A stretch of 32,000 nt of DNA from Zymomonas mobilis subsp. mobilis ATCC 10988 (GCF_000175255.2 NC_017262.1:1989774-2021773); one strand, 5' to 3'. Numbered from the stretch's first letter, positions 18,885-29,042 are shown. The notes: generated from the letters alone by a model not told the origin. Made by a program: numbers and translations.

Positions 18885-19790
18885 TTGGCTCAAAATCTTG
18901 TCCCTTTTGTTGTTATAGGAAGAACAACCAAGGATATAATCATCATGGGACATATTCTGATTACGGGTGCCGGTAGCGGTTTTGGGAAAGAAATTGCTTT
19001 CCGTCTGGCAGAACAAGGACATGACGTTATTGCTGCGGTCGAAATCCAGCCCCAGATATTTGCCTTGCAGCAAGAAGCGCAAAAACGCGGCCTCTCTTTA
19101 TCAATAGAAAAACTGGACATCACCGATCCGGCTGATCGTGCCAAAGCATGGCAATGGGACGTTGATATTTTACTGAATAATGCTGGCATTTCCGAAGGCG
19201 GTTCGGTTACCGATATTCCGGCAGAAAATCTTCGGAAACAATTTGAAGTCAATGTGATAGGTACAATCTTGCTTACGCAAGGCTTCGCTCGCGAGATGGT
19301 CAAAAATAAAAAAGGCCGAATTGTTTTTATGTCCTCGGTCGCGGGTCTTACCGTTGACCCTTTTACGGGAGCCTATTCGGCTTCCAAACATGCGATAGAA
19401 GCCTTTGCGATCGCCTTGGATAAAGAATTGAAATATTTTGGCATCCAAATTGCAACTATTAACCCGGGGCCTTTCCTAACGGGTTTCAATGACCGGATGT
19501 TTGAAACATGGAAAAGCTGGCGCGACACCCCTGAAGATAGGGTTTTTGACTATAGCCAACTTGCTTTCCCGCATGAACAATTCGACCCAGAAGAGGTTAT
19601 CACAACAACGCTTTCTGTTCTGACGGGAAAAACCAAGCATTATCGCAATCTGGTGCCTGCCCAAATGGAAAAGGATACTGAAAAACAGATCAATCATGTC
19701 TGGGATAAATTGCAAAATAATCCAGAAGGGGGCGCGAAAGATCCTCTGGTGCAGAAAGCCTATCAAATAAGGCCCGGAACGCCTGCCTAA
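18885..19790 (+). CDS. SDR-family NAD(P)-dependent oxidoreductase
   Basis: 'ILITGAGSGFGKEIAFRLAEQGHDVIA', 'LLNNAG', catalytic 'SSVAGLTVDPFTGAYSASKHA'. Real start is probably an internal ATG (MIIMGHILITG...). Confidence 0.92.
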   Translation: MAQNLVPFVVIGRTTKDIIIMGHILITGAGSGFGKEIAFRLAEQGHDVIAAVEIQPQIFALQQEAQKRGLSLSIEKLDITDPADRAKAWQWDVDILLNNAGISEGGSVTDIPAENLRKQFEVNVIGTILLTQGFAREMVKNKKGRIVFMSSVAGLTVDPFTGAYSASKHAIEAFAIALDKELKYFGIQIATINPGPFLTGFNDRMFETWKSWRDTPEDRVFDYSQLAFPHEQFDPEEVITTTLSVLTGKTKHYRNLVPAQMEKDTEKQINHVWDKLQNNPEGGAKDPLVQKAYQIRPGTPA

Positions 19791-19954
19791 GACGGTAATT
19801 TACTGCAATTTGGTTTAAAATTAAGAAACAGTATGAAGCAATACGGACATATTTCCATTTTACAAAAATAACAGTTTTTTATAATATCGAACTACAAAAG
19901 ATATCCCCCTTTTGTAAGCAGATAGTTGTAGCTTTCTCAATTCTCTTAATTCGG

Positions 19955-19980
19955 CCCTGCTTTTGCAGGGTCTTTTTTTT
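19955..19980 (+). terminator. Rho-independent terminator
   Basis: CCCTGC-TTTT-GCAGGG followed by TCTTTTTTTT. Confidence 0.8.
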
Positions 19981-20063
19981 GCTCTCAACACAAAGCAAGT
20001 CTAGCCGATGCCGCTATAGATAGCCGCAGTTGCATGATAAATTTTAAGGAAATAAAATAGGAC

Positions 20064-20139
20064 TGGTGGGCGATGACAGGCTCGAACTGCCGACATCCTC
20101 CGTGTAAAGGAGGCGCTCTACCAACTGAGCTAATCGCCC
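20064..20139 (-). tRNA. tRNA-Val (anticodon TAC)
   Basis: Reverse complement GGGCGATTAGCTCAGTTGGTAGAGCGCCTCCTTTACACGGAGGATGTCGGCAGTTCGAGCCTGTCATCGCCCACCA; complete cloverleaf, 76 nt with CCA. Confidence 0.97.
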
Positions 20140-20376
20140 TATCGTTTTGCCAGACCCCGATGCCAGACTATCGCGCTTGGTGCAAGAGAAATTATTAAAA
20201 ATTATAGCTTTAGGGCTAAATTTATTCTTACCTGAATGAACGCCAAGGCGAAGAAAAGACATCGGACGCTCCCGCTGCCTAGGGCGGAAGATAGTCTGCA
20301 TAAAAAAGGCTGGCATCCTGTTTCTATAATGCCAGCCTCTTCCAATCAGATCAAAATAGAACGTCTAAATTTTAAT

Positions 20377-21222
20377 TTAGCGGTCTTCGCTAATCCGATG
20401 ATATAATTCTGGTCGCCGATCACGGAAAAAGCCGAAAGCCGCGCGATGTTGTCTTATTTGCTCAATATCAAAATGAGCGACCAAAACGCCGCTTTCATCT
20501 TTGCCAAAGGCTTGCACTAAATCGCCACGCTGATCGGCAATAAAGCTATGACCATAAAAAGATAGCGTAGCTTCCTGACCAATCCGGTTCGATGCGATGA
20601 CAGGCACGACATTAGAAACGGCATGACCAATCATAGCTCGCCGCCACAAACGGCTGGTATCCAGATCGGGATCATGGGGCTCATTTCCAATCGCTGTCGG
20701 GAAAAAGAGCAACTCAGCACCCATCAGCATCATGGCACGCGCCGTTTCAGGATACCATTGATCCCAACAGATACCGACACCTATCTTGATGCCGCCACAA
20801 TCCCAGACTTTAAAACCGCTATTACCGGGGCGGAAATAGAATTTTTCTTCATAGCCGGGGCCATCGGGAATATGACTTTTCCGGTAAACGCCCATAACCT
20901 CGCCATCTGAATTGATCATGGCAAGGCTGTTATAATAATGGGGCGGATCGCTTTCAAAAAAGCTGGTTGGAATAGTCACTTTCAACCGCTTAGCTAGCTT
21001 TTGCATCGCTAAGACAACGGGATGTTTTTCCACTGGCTTGGCGCGTGCAAAACAGCTCTCGTCTTCGGTCGCACAGAAATAATGCCCTTCAAATAATTCG
21101 GGCGGTAAAATAATTTTGGCACCTTGCGCCGCCGCTTCTTCGACCAATACTGAAACACGATCAATATTGGTCTGGATATCATCCGTCAAAGCCAGCTGTA
21201 ATGCCGCTACAGTGATTTCAGT
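20377..21222 (-). CDS. aguB: N-carbamoylputrescine amidase
   Basis: Nitrilase fold 'KIILPPELFEGHYFC', 'YRKSHIPDGPGYEEKFYFRPG', 'GICWDQWYPETARAMMLMGAE'. Start set to ATG at 21222 (MTEITVAALQ...) which has AAGGA SD; the longer ORF to 21264 would overlap aguA. Confidence 0.93.
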   Translation of the reverse strand, partial: TEITVAALQLALTDDIQTNIDRVSVLVEEAAAQGAKIILPPELFEGHYFCATEDESCFARAKPVEKHPVVLAMQKLAKRLKVTIPTSFFESDPPHYYNSLAMINSDGEVMGVYRKSHIPDGPGYEEKFYFRPGNSGFKVWDCGGIKIGVGICWDQWYPETARAMMLMGAELLFFPTAIGNEPHDPDLDTSRLWRRAMIGHAVSNVVPVIASNRIGQEATLSFYGHSFIADQRGDLVQAFGKDESGVLVAHFDIEQIRQHRAAFGFFRDRRPELYHRISEDR

Positions 21223-21236
21223 CATCAGTAATTCCT

Positions 21237-22217
21237 TCAGGCTGGCCATTGCTGGGAAATACAATGGAAGCTGCCACCCCCTGTCAAAATATGACCGGCT
21301 GGCAAGGCGACGACTTTCCGGCTTGGGAATAAGGCTTCCAAGGCTTGAACAATCGCGCTATCATTTTTGGCACCATAAACCGGAACAACAACGACCTTGT
21401 TCCCAATATAGAAATTCATATAGGAAGCCGGAACGACTTCATCATCAATCGTAATCCGTCCGGTTGAGGGGATGCGGGTTACTTTTACGCCAAACTCTGT
21501 CGCGATTTGAGCCGCTTGGTCATAGACTTCCCGATTAGGATCATCCTGATCCGTCGCGATAGGGACGACCAAATGATTTTCACCGACAAAACGAGCAAGG
21601 TTATCGACATGCCCATCAGTATGGTCATTATGCAGGCCTTTTCTCAGCCACAACACACGATCATAACCCAGATCATTCCGCAAATGACGGGCAATATCGC
21701 CCCGCGATAATTCAGGATTGCGGTTTGGATTTAACAGACATTCTTCGGTTGTAACGACCAATCCATGACCATCACCATCAATGGAACCGCCTTCCAAAAC
21801 CCAATTTTTTTCTAAAACGGGCAGGGCTGTATCTTTGGCAAGATCACGTCCAATAGTCTGATCGCCATCAAGATTATATTTTCCGCCCCAACCATTGAAA
21901 CGGAATAAAGCCAGCGCCTTTTTATCACCCTCTTTGACGAAAAGCGGGGCGTTATCTCTCAACCAGATATCACCGAAAGGATGGCAGATAACCTCAATAT
22001 CCGATCCCGCCATTTTTACAGCTTGATCGGCTGCTTCTTTATGGGCGGCAACCAGATAAACTTTTTCCCCTTCGCCCTGCGCTGCAACAGCCTTGGCAAA
22101 AGCAACTACCTCGGCTTGTGCCGGTTCCAAATCTTCAAGCCAAAGAGAAGCATCACTAGGGAAACCGATCCAAACCGCATCATGCGGCATCCACTCGGCA
22201 GGCTGATGGTAAGGCAT
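21237..22217 (-). CDS. aguA: Agmatine deiminase
   Basis: 326 aa; 'MPYHQPAEWMPHDAVWIGFPSD', 'WLRDNAPLF', 'GGSIDGDGHGLVVTTEECLLNPNRNP', 'NDHTDGHVDNLARF', terminal 'GGGSFHCISQQWP'. Confidence 0.95.
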   Translation of the reverse strand: MPYHQPAEWMPHDAVWIGFPSDASLWLEDLEPAQAEVVAFAKAVAAQGEGEKVYLVAAHKEAADQAVKMAGSDIEVICHPFGDIWLRDNAPLFVKEGDKKALALFRFNGWGGKYNLDGDQTIGRDLAKDTALPVLEKNWVLEGGSIDGDGHGLVVTTEECLLNPNRNPELSRGDIARHLRNDLGYDRVLWLRKGLHNDHTDGHVDNLARFVGENHLVVPIATDQDDPNREVYDQAAQIATEFGVKVTRIPSTGRITIDDEVVPASYMNFYIGNKVVVVPVYGAKNDSAIVQALEALFPSRKVVALPAGHILTGGGSFHCISQQWPA

Positions 22218-22453
22218 AAGGGAACTCTTCCTCGACAGAATTCAAAGACAAGCGCTTTAAGATAACGGAATAAATAACAAAACAGGAAAAATAAAATCTA
22301 TCTGATATTCGGAAATGTTTCTAGCATAGGCTGTCCGGCTATTGAGATGCATTATTACAACCCGATTCCCCGCAGAAGTAAATTATTTTTATTTTTGAAG
22401 GTTAGATTGCGGATCATTAAAAAAGAGCTTGCCCAGATCATTTTAGGGCTATT

Positions 22454-22599
22454 ATCCTGACATCCTGACATCCTGACATCCTGACATCCTGACATCCTGA
22501 CATCCTGACATCCTGACATCCTGACATCCTGACATCCTGACATCCTGACATCCTGACATCCTGACATCCTGACATCCTGACATCCTGACATCCTGACAT
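22454..22599. repeat. Perfect tandem array of octanucleotide ATCCTGAC, about 18.25 copies (146 bp)
   Basis: Counted from the sequence: uninterrupted period-8 repeat from ATCCTGAC at 22454 to AT at 22599; reverse complement unit GTCAGGAT. Confidence 0.98.
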
Positions 22600-22671
22600 T
22601 GCCCCCATTATATTCTCGCCTTGTTCCGATCGCTCAACGCCTCTTTACCACAACCTCAATGCCCATAAAAA

Positions 22672-22701
22672 AAGGCCAGCAGAATAACTTCTGCTGACCT
22701 T
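22672..22701 (-). terminator. Rho-independent terminator of rpsD
   Basis: AAGG-c-CAGCAGAA TAAC TTCTGCTG-a-CCTT between the rpsD stop (22726) and the repeat array; preceded on the + strand by an A-run (T-run on the minus strand). Confidence 0.75.
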
Positions 22702-22725
22702 CTTCTTTCGGGAAAAAACCAAAAA

Positions 22726-23340
22726 TTAACGTGAATAGAATTCGACGACCAGATTCGGTTCCATTTTCACCGGATAAGGTACTTCGTCCAGCGTTGGGAT
22801 GCGAACGAAGGTCACTTTCGTGTTACCATCAGGCAAAACATAGTCAGGAATGTCGCGTTCTGCGAGGCTCTGAGCTTCAAGAACCAGTGCCATTTCCTGT
22901 GCTTTGCTGCCCAAGGAGATTTCATCACCCGGATTTACGCGACGGGAAGCGATGTTGCACTTCACACCATTGACGCGAATATGACCATGGCTGACCAACT
23001 GGCGGGCAGCAAAAATGGTCGGAGCGAATTTTGCGCGGTAAACAATCATATCCAGACGACGTTCCAGAATACCGATCAGATTCTGTGACGTATCGCCCTT
23101 TAATTTGGAAGCGTCATCATAAGAACGACGGAACTGCTTTTCGGTCACATCGCCATAATAACCCTTCAGCTTCTGCTTTGCTTTCAGCTGAAGACCATAG
23201 TCAGAAATTTTGGAACGGCGACGCTGACCATGCTGACCGGGGCCATATTCACGACGATTGACTGGGGATTTAGGACGACCCCAGATGTTTTCGCCCATAC
23301 GGCGGTCAATTTTATACTTTGAACTATGACGCTTCGACAT
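22726..23340 (-). CDS. rpsD: 30S ribosomal protein S4
   Basis: 204 aa starting [41 protein letters not shown]; '[31 protein letters not shown]' S4 domain. Confidence 0.97.
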   Translation of the reverse strand: MSKRHSSKYKIDRRMGENIWGRPKSPVNRREYGPGQHGQRRRSKISDYGLQLKAKQKLKGYYGDVTEKQFRRSYDDASKLKGDTSQNLIGILERRLDMIVYRAKFAPTIFAARQLVSHGHIRVNGVKCNIASRRVNPGDEISLGSKAQEMALVLEAQSLAERDIPDYVLPDGNTKVTFVRIPTLDEVPYPVKMEPNLVVEFYSR

Positions 23341-23520
23341 AGATATAACCTCAATTGCGTTGTTATCAAATTTCGGAATAACCGAAAGACGGATCCGGAA
23401 CCGCGCTGCCAAGTAGAAACTTAGGCGGGCAGGACTACCGCTTCACCGGAGTGCGGAGCCAATTGCGGGATGTCTTATGACGACCGAAAACTTATTCGTC
23501 AAGATTGCAGCCAAGAAATA

Positions 23521-26098
23521 TTAGGATTCGACCCTGTTTCGGCCATTATTTTTGGCCCAGTAAAGCAAACTATCGGCCTTATCGAGGGCAATCGAAATGG
23601 ATTCCTCTGTTGTTATTTCAAAAAGACCAATGCTAACCGTAATTTTTAATTCTGTTTCACCATTTTTAATTACTATTTTCGTGAATTCATTGCGTATCCG
23701 TTCAGCGATATGGCGGGACATCTCAATCGAAGCCGAAATCGCTATGATAAATTCATCGCCTCCATAGCGACCGGCAAAATCTTCCTGACGGATATTATTG
23801 CGAATAATTGAAGCAGCATTCCGCATGACATCATCACCGACCAGATGGCCATAACGGTCATTGATTTTTTTGAAATGGTCAACATCCAGCATTGCAATTG
23901 AGATAGCATTCTCATTCAACAAAGCATCTTGATGCAATTCGCTCAATTTAGCCATCAAGGCTCGACGGTTTAAAAGCCCCGTCAAAACATCCGTATTGGC
24001 CAGTTCACTTAATTGTTTATTCGCCTGCTGCAATTCATGGGTGCGGCCATCAACCAAATGTTGCAGTCGCCTTGTGCGCCTTTCTAGTAAGAAAGTGCGA
24101 AACAAGACCGCCAAATATAAAGCCAGCAAGATCAATGCTGCGACCGCAATCCCAATTTGCCAATGCTCATACCAACGCGGTGCGACTTTAAACAGAAAAC
24201 GCGCTTCTTTCTGATAGGAATGCAGGCCAAGAACTTCTGCCCGCATATGCAGGGCATAATGACCACTCGGCAAATTGGTATAGATGGCCACCGGCGGCGT
24301 ATTGTCCGGTATCCTAATCCACTCGGAATCGATGCCTTCCAGTTTGTAACTATATCTGACATCATTAGGCGCACTATAATCCGACAAGATAAAGCCAACG
24401 CGAAGCGAGCGGGTTCCCGGCGGAATATCGAACATCTGGTCGGTATGGGGCAACAATCCAAAAGGCAGCGTTTTTTCATTCAGATCAAGGGCTGTTATCT
24501 GAATTTTCGTCGCACTATTTCCGCCATTGCCTAATTGGGCAGGCGAAAACAGGATTTGTTCCGGCGCAATAACTGTTAACCCGTTGGTGCCACCGGAAAG
24601 GATTGACCCGTCTTCGGTTAAAACAGACGCTCTCTGGCTAAAATGACCGCTCGAAACATGGTCACGCTGCCCCAAAAAGTGGCTTTGTCTGTTCACGGAA
24701 TCAAAAACCGAAATACCGTCGGGACTGGATGACCAGATATGACCGAATTTATCAACAATCAGACGGTTAATCTCATTCGATGAAGGTTTATTCTTCCGGT
24801 AGATATTATTGAGATTATATCCATTTTTTGTCGGAAAGAGATGGCTAATCCCATTAAAACTACCGACCAACATGCTGTTATCATTGTCTGTAGCGAGAGA
24901 TGTTACAAAACTATGCGAAAAAAGCAGCCGATCGTCCGGCTTTCCTAATAGGTTATTAAATCCAGAGCGATGCGTGTCATGGATACTGATACCATCGGTG
25001 GTTGCAATCCAGACTTCCTCATCTGACCGCACGGCAATGTCTTTGATATGGTCGCCAATCAGGCTGTCTCTGTCATCGATATTATGGGTAAAATGAGTAA
25101 CTTTTTCAGTGCTTCTGTCTTTGACGTAAAGGCCGCTATTCGTTCCGATAAAAAGATTATATTTGGTTTCGGCTAGGGCTGTAATCGTCTCCTTGCCTAA
25201 AATATCATCCATGATAGCGGTCGTTGAAAAATCATTCGGATCAATACGGGCAAGACCCAAAGAACCGGCCAGAATAGCGCCATCCTTTGCCTGTAAAAAG
25301 GCTCTGACCGGCTGCGCCATTTGTAAGCCTTTTAGGCTTATCTTTTTAATCTGGCTTCTTTGTTGGTCGATCATATTGATCATGCCATTTTGAAGACCAA
25401 CCCATATACGGCCTTTTTCATCAGCCAACAGCGCTTCAATCGAATCGCTAATCATGCCGTTTTTATCGACCAGAATATCAGGCAGATTAAAGGCAATAGA
25501 CGGATGGGGATCCCATCTGGATACACCGCGATCGGTTGCAATCCAGATACCGCCATCACGGTCAGCCATAAGGGACAGAATATTATTCCCGCTTACAGAA
25601 TGGTCATTCAGCGGATTATGCGTCCATGTCCTGACATATCCGGTATATTCTTCTCCCGGAGGCGCACATAACTTCCCCTTGGTTCCGGCAGTCCAAAAGG
25701 CATAATCAATAATACCGCCACCCATGGTCGCAATCCAGATATGATTATCCGGCAATTCGGCAAAGCCGTGAATACTTCTGTAATTCAAATAGGGTGATGA
25801 GGCTTTTAACGGTTTGGGTTGATAAAAACGGCCATCTGCAGTCATATAAAGACCACCATGAAAGGCTGATCCAACCCATAATCTATCGTCGCGATCTTGA
25901 TAGAGTGCCGTAATCTGGCTGGTTAAAAGGGTATCTATTTCCTTTTCCGAAGAACGAAGCGCGGTAAAAGCGTCATTCTCTTTTCGGCGGAAAAATAGAC
26001 CATCATTACTGGCAATCCACAGGCGATTATCCTTTGTCACCAAAAGATCGGTAATATGATGAATGTCCCCCTTATCCGAAAAAGGCAGCTTTTTTCAT
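23521..26098 (-). pseudogene. C-terminal, larger part of a frameshifted sensor diguanylate cyclase (propeller repeats, Y_Y_Y domain, TM segment, GGDEF)
   Basis: Open frame extends from just after an in-frame TGA at about 26099-26097; ORF track starts it at 26043. Propeller motifs 'NRLWIASNDGLFF', 'GGIWIATDRGVSRWD', 'GLQNGMINMIDQ'; Y_Y_Y 'APNDVRYSYKLEGIDSEWI'; TM 'HWQIGIAVAALILLALYLAVLF'; 'RYGHLVGDD...RQEDFAGRYGGDEFIIAI'. Whether it is a pseudogene, a sequencing error or a recoded gene is unresolved. Confidence 0.6.
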
Positions 26099-26768
26099 AA
26101 TGAATAGAATTACTGCCAGCTTTCAGATGTCCAATTCCGGCATCGGAAATAACCCAAAAGCCATTGTGATTATCCGAAGCAATAACTTGGATAGATAGGC
26201 CGCGCCCGGTCGGGGCATCCGAAGATATCGGATCAAAATAATTGGTTTTAGGATCGAAACGGATAACACCCGCTGTTGCCGTTCCTAATAGAAAACCCCC
26301 ACTATTTTGGGGACGCATCGTGCGAATAATACTATCGGGCAAACTATGGGGCTGATTGGCTTGCGGCCTGAATAGCTGGATATGGAGCCCGTCAAAGCGA
26401 AATAAGCCATTCGCAATATTGATCCATATCAAGCCATCCGAATCCTGCATAATTGCATTGACCGTTGTTTGCGGCAGATTCGGGATAGCACCCATGTCGG
26501 TAAAAAAAGCAGACTGGAAATTCTGCCAACCATGCATAGAATCGATAACACCGGGCAAGTGAAAGGTTTTTTCTGCCCGACATTTGACGTCTTCATTCGC
26601 CGAACGCGAAGATATGCCTTCCCAATGAGACAATAGCGGGCGACCATTCGCAAGCATTGCCTGAACTGGTATTCCTAAAAAAAGACACCATAAAAATATC
26701 GGTAATAAAAACCGATAGAATTTTGGCCTTTTCGATTTGCCCGATATTCTCATGTTGAACAGTGTCAT
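26037..26768 (-). pseudogene. N-terminal part (signal peptide plus first propeller repeats) of the same sensor diguanylate cyclase, truncated by frameshift
   Basis: 'FYRFLLPIFLWCLFLGIPVQA' signal, 'TTVNAIMQDSDGLIWINIANGLFRFDG' propeller repeat; frame collapses at '..SIHYEK' where the downstream frame continues with 'KLPFSDKGDIHHITDLLVTKDNRLWIASNDG'. Confidence 0.65.
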
Positions 26769-26990
26769 GTAATAAAAAACTAAACTAACATTCTATAGAA
26801 AGAAATTTATCATAAATATTTTAAAAAAATAATTCCTTAAAAATAAAATATAGATAAAAAATTGCGGGTTTATTTGATAGTGTTATCGCCTGTTTTCCTA
26901 AAAATAAAAATAAAATTTGTCAAAATTATTCCACCTAATATGATTAGTAGATTTATTCTATTTTGTTAAATTTTGTAACTTTTATTATTT

Positions 26991-28352
26991 TTAGATAGCG
27001 CGGCTAAAGCCTTGTTTTTTCTGCTTACGATAACTGTCGAACACCGCCGCGACGATACGAACAAAGGGGCGTCCTGCATCAGTCATCTCTATTCGGTTCT
27101 GCTGAAACTGGATCAATCCTTCTTCTTCCAGATGACTCAGTTCTCTTTTCTCATCTTCAAGAGATAGGCTTTTATCATAAGGCGTTAAATCAACCGCAAA
27201 ATGACACATAAGGGCGCTAATGATTTCACCTCTAAGATGATCTTCTTGCGATATATCGATACCTCTAAAAGACGCTAAACCCTGTTCTTCAATAGCTCGG
27301 CTATAATTTTTAATATCGGCGATATTCTGGATATAGGCATCTGAAAAAGTCGAGATGGCCGATGCCCCTAAACCGATCAATACCGGCTCGTTATCGGTGG
27401 TATAACCTTGAAAGTTGCGGCGTAGCTTCTTTTCCCATGCAGCTACGGCCAATAAATCATCGGTTTTAGCGAAATGATCAATACCGATTGCTTGATATCC
27501 ATTTTGTTGCAATATTTCGGCAATCAAAGCCGCCTGCTCAAAACGCTCTTTGGTTTGGGGCAGGGCGCTTTCATCAATCAATTTCTGATTGGCTTTCCTT
27601 TCTGGCAAATGGGCATAGCCAAAACAGGCAATTCTGTCAGGCGACAGGCGCAGCGTTTCTTGACAATTAAGACGTATCTCATCCAACCCTTGATGGGGCA
27701 GGCCATAGAGAAGGTCAAAATTAACCTGACTGATGCCCGCTTGTCGCAAGGCCAGAATAGCTTTTTCAACCTGCTCGATGGGTTGAACGCGGCCGATCGC
27801 TTTTTGAATATGCGGGTTAAAGTCTTGAACCCCAAGACTGGTGCGATTGATGCCAATATCAAAAAGATTTTGAGCGAATTCGGCATCCAGTAAACGCGGG
27901 TCAAGTTCCATCGCATGGATCATATCCTCAGCCGCATCAAAATAGCGTTGCAAGGCCTTCATTACCCTACGGATACCTTCAATTCCGATGATGGACGGGG
28001 TTCCACCACCCCAAGAGAGATGACCTATTTTTAGATGATTAGGTGCCAGATTACCGACAGTCTCTATCTCTTTAACCAGAGTATCAACATAGGCTGTAAT
28101 GATTTCCTGACGGCGGACAACCTTGGTGTGACAACCACAATAATGGCAAAGCTGCTGACAAAAGGGGACATGAAGGTAAACCGATATTCGACTATCCGGC
28201 GCAATATTTTTGATTCGGATCGCATGCTCTTTGGGCGTCAGGTCATTACGAAAATCAGCCGCCGTCGGATAGGAAGTATAGCGAGGCACATTACGTCCGG
28301 CATAACGGTCAATAAAATTTTGTTTTAAAATTGTAGGCGGCTGGATTGTCAT
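26991..28352 (-). CDS. hemN: Oxygen-independent coproporphyrinogen III oxidase (radical SAM)
   Basis: 453 aa; 'VPFCQQLCHYCGCHTKVVRRQ' (CX3CX2C), 'LSWGGGTPSI', 'NRTSLGVQDFNPHIQKAIGRVQP'. Confidence 0.96.
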   Translation of the reverse strand: MTIQPPTILKQNFIDRYAGRNVPRYTSYPTAADFRNDLTPKEHAIRIKNIAPDSRISVYLHVPFCQQLCHYCGCHTKVVRRQEIITAYVDTLVKEIETVGNLAPNHLKIGHLSWGGGTPSIIGIEGIRRVMKALQRYFDAAEDMIHAMELDPRLLDAEFAQNLFDIGINRTSLGVQDFNPHIQKAIGRVQPIEQVEKAILALRQAGISQVNFDLLYGLPHQGLDEIRLNCQETLRLSPDRIACFGYAHLPERKANQKLIDESALPQTKERFEQAALIAEILQQNGYQAIGIDHFAKTDDLLAVAAWEKKLRRNFQGYTTDNEPVLIGLGASAISTFSDAYIQNIADIKNYSRAIEEQGLASFRGIDISQEDHLRGEIISALMCHFAVDLTPYDKSLSLEDEKRELSHLEEEGLIQFQQNRIEMTDAGRPFVRIVAAVFDSYRKQKKQGFSRAI

Positions 28353-28601
28353 AAAGTCACACGGTTCCTTATTTCTTTTCTATCCAAACTCTTTGCAATA
28401 GTCTGTAACAAGATGACGGCGACGATATCGGATCTTCATCTCTTTTGGGTCGCGAAAAAATATTAACTTTAATCGAAAAAAATTGAGTCTGTTTTTACTC
28501 GGGACAAGACCACCTTTTTTTATCCAAAGAATATCCCTTTCATCTTCTTTCGAAAGCGAAAAATAAATACTGAAAACAACGGTTTTGACCACAAGATTCA
28601 C

Positions 28602-28634
28602 GGGCTATCCTTCAAAAGAAGAAGCCCTTTTTTA
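28602..28634 (+). terminator. Terminator-like hairpin with no obvious upstream + strand gene
   Basis: GGGCTATCCTTC AAAA GAAGAAGCCC followed by TTTTTT. Confidence 0.5.
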
Positions 28635-28746
28635 TCCTCTCTTAGGGCGTGGTTAAGGGTTGGCTTGGGCTTAACAAATTTTGTTTATGCACAACTTTGG
28701 GTTGACTTGGCGACAATAAAATATCACCAGAGGGGCAGACCGGTTA

Positions 28747-28760
28747 CGGAAACGTTTCCG
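28747..28760. promoter_or_regulatory. Perfect 14-bp palindrome CGGAAACGTTTCCG, LacI-family operator-like
   Basis: Read directly in the hemN-pdc intergenic region; GAAACGTTTC core typical of LacI/GalR-type operators. Confidence 0.4.
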
Positions 28761-29042
28761 CTTTGATAGCTCAGACGGAGGGAAAGGCTTTGTCAGTGTT
28801 GCGGTATAATATCTGTAACAGCTCATTGATAAAGCCGGTCGCTCGCCTCGGGCAGTTTTGGATTGATCCTGCCCTGTCTTGTTTGGAATTGATGAGGCCG
28901 TTCATGACAACAGCCGGAAAAATTTTAAAACAGGCGTCTTCGGCTGCTTTAGGTCTCGGCTACGTTTCTACATCTGGTTCTGATTCCCGGTTTACCTTTT
29001 TCAAGGTGTCCCGTTCCTTTTTCCCCTTTTTGGAGGTTGGTT

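Noticed and set aside
22355-22591. 78-aa minus-strand ORF rich in MSGCQDVR repeats
   Set aside because: It is a by-product of an 8-bp repeat with no stop in any minus-strand frame; no independent evidence of a real repeat protein. Kept only as a testable aspect of the repeat finding.
22454-22599. CRISPR array
   Set aside because: Repeats are 8 bp, contiguous, with no spacers and no cas genes nearby.
24157-24534. 125-aa and other + strand ORFs opposite the GGDEF gene
   Set aside because: Antisense to a protein with clear propeller/Y_Y_Y/GGDEF motifs and no motifs of their own.
28460-28485. Possible FNR-type box upstream of hemN (TTAACTTTAATCGAA)
   Set aside because: Does not match TTGAT-N4-ATCAA in either half-site or spacing well enough to claim.
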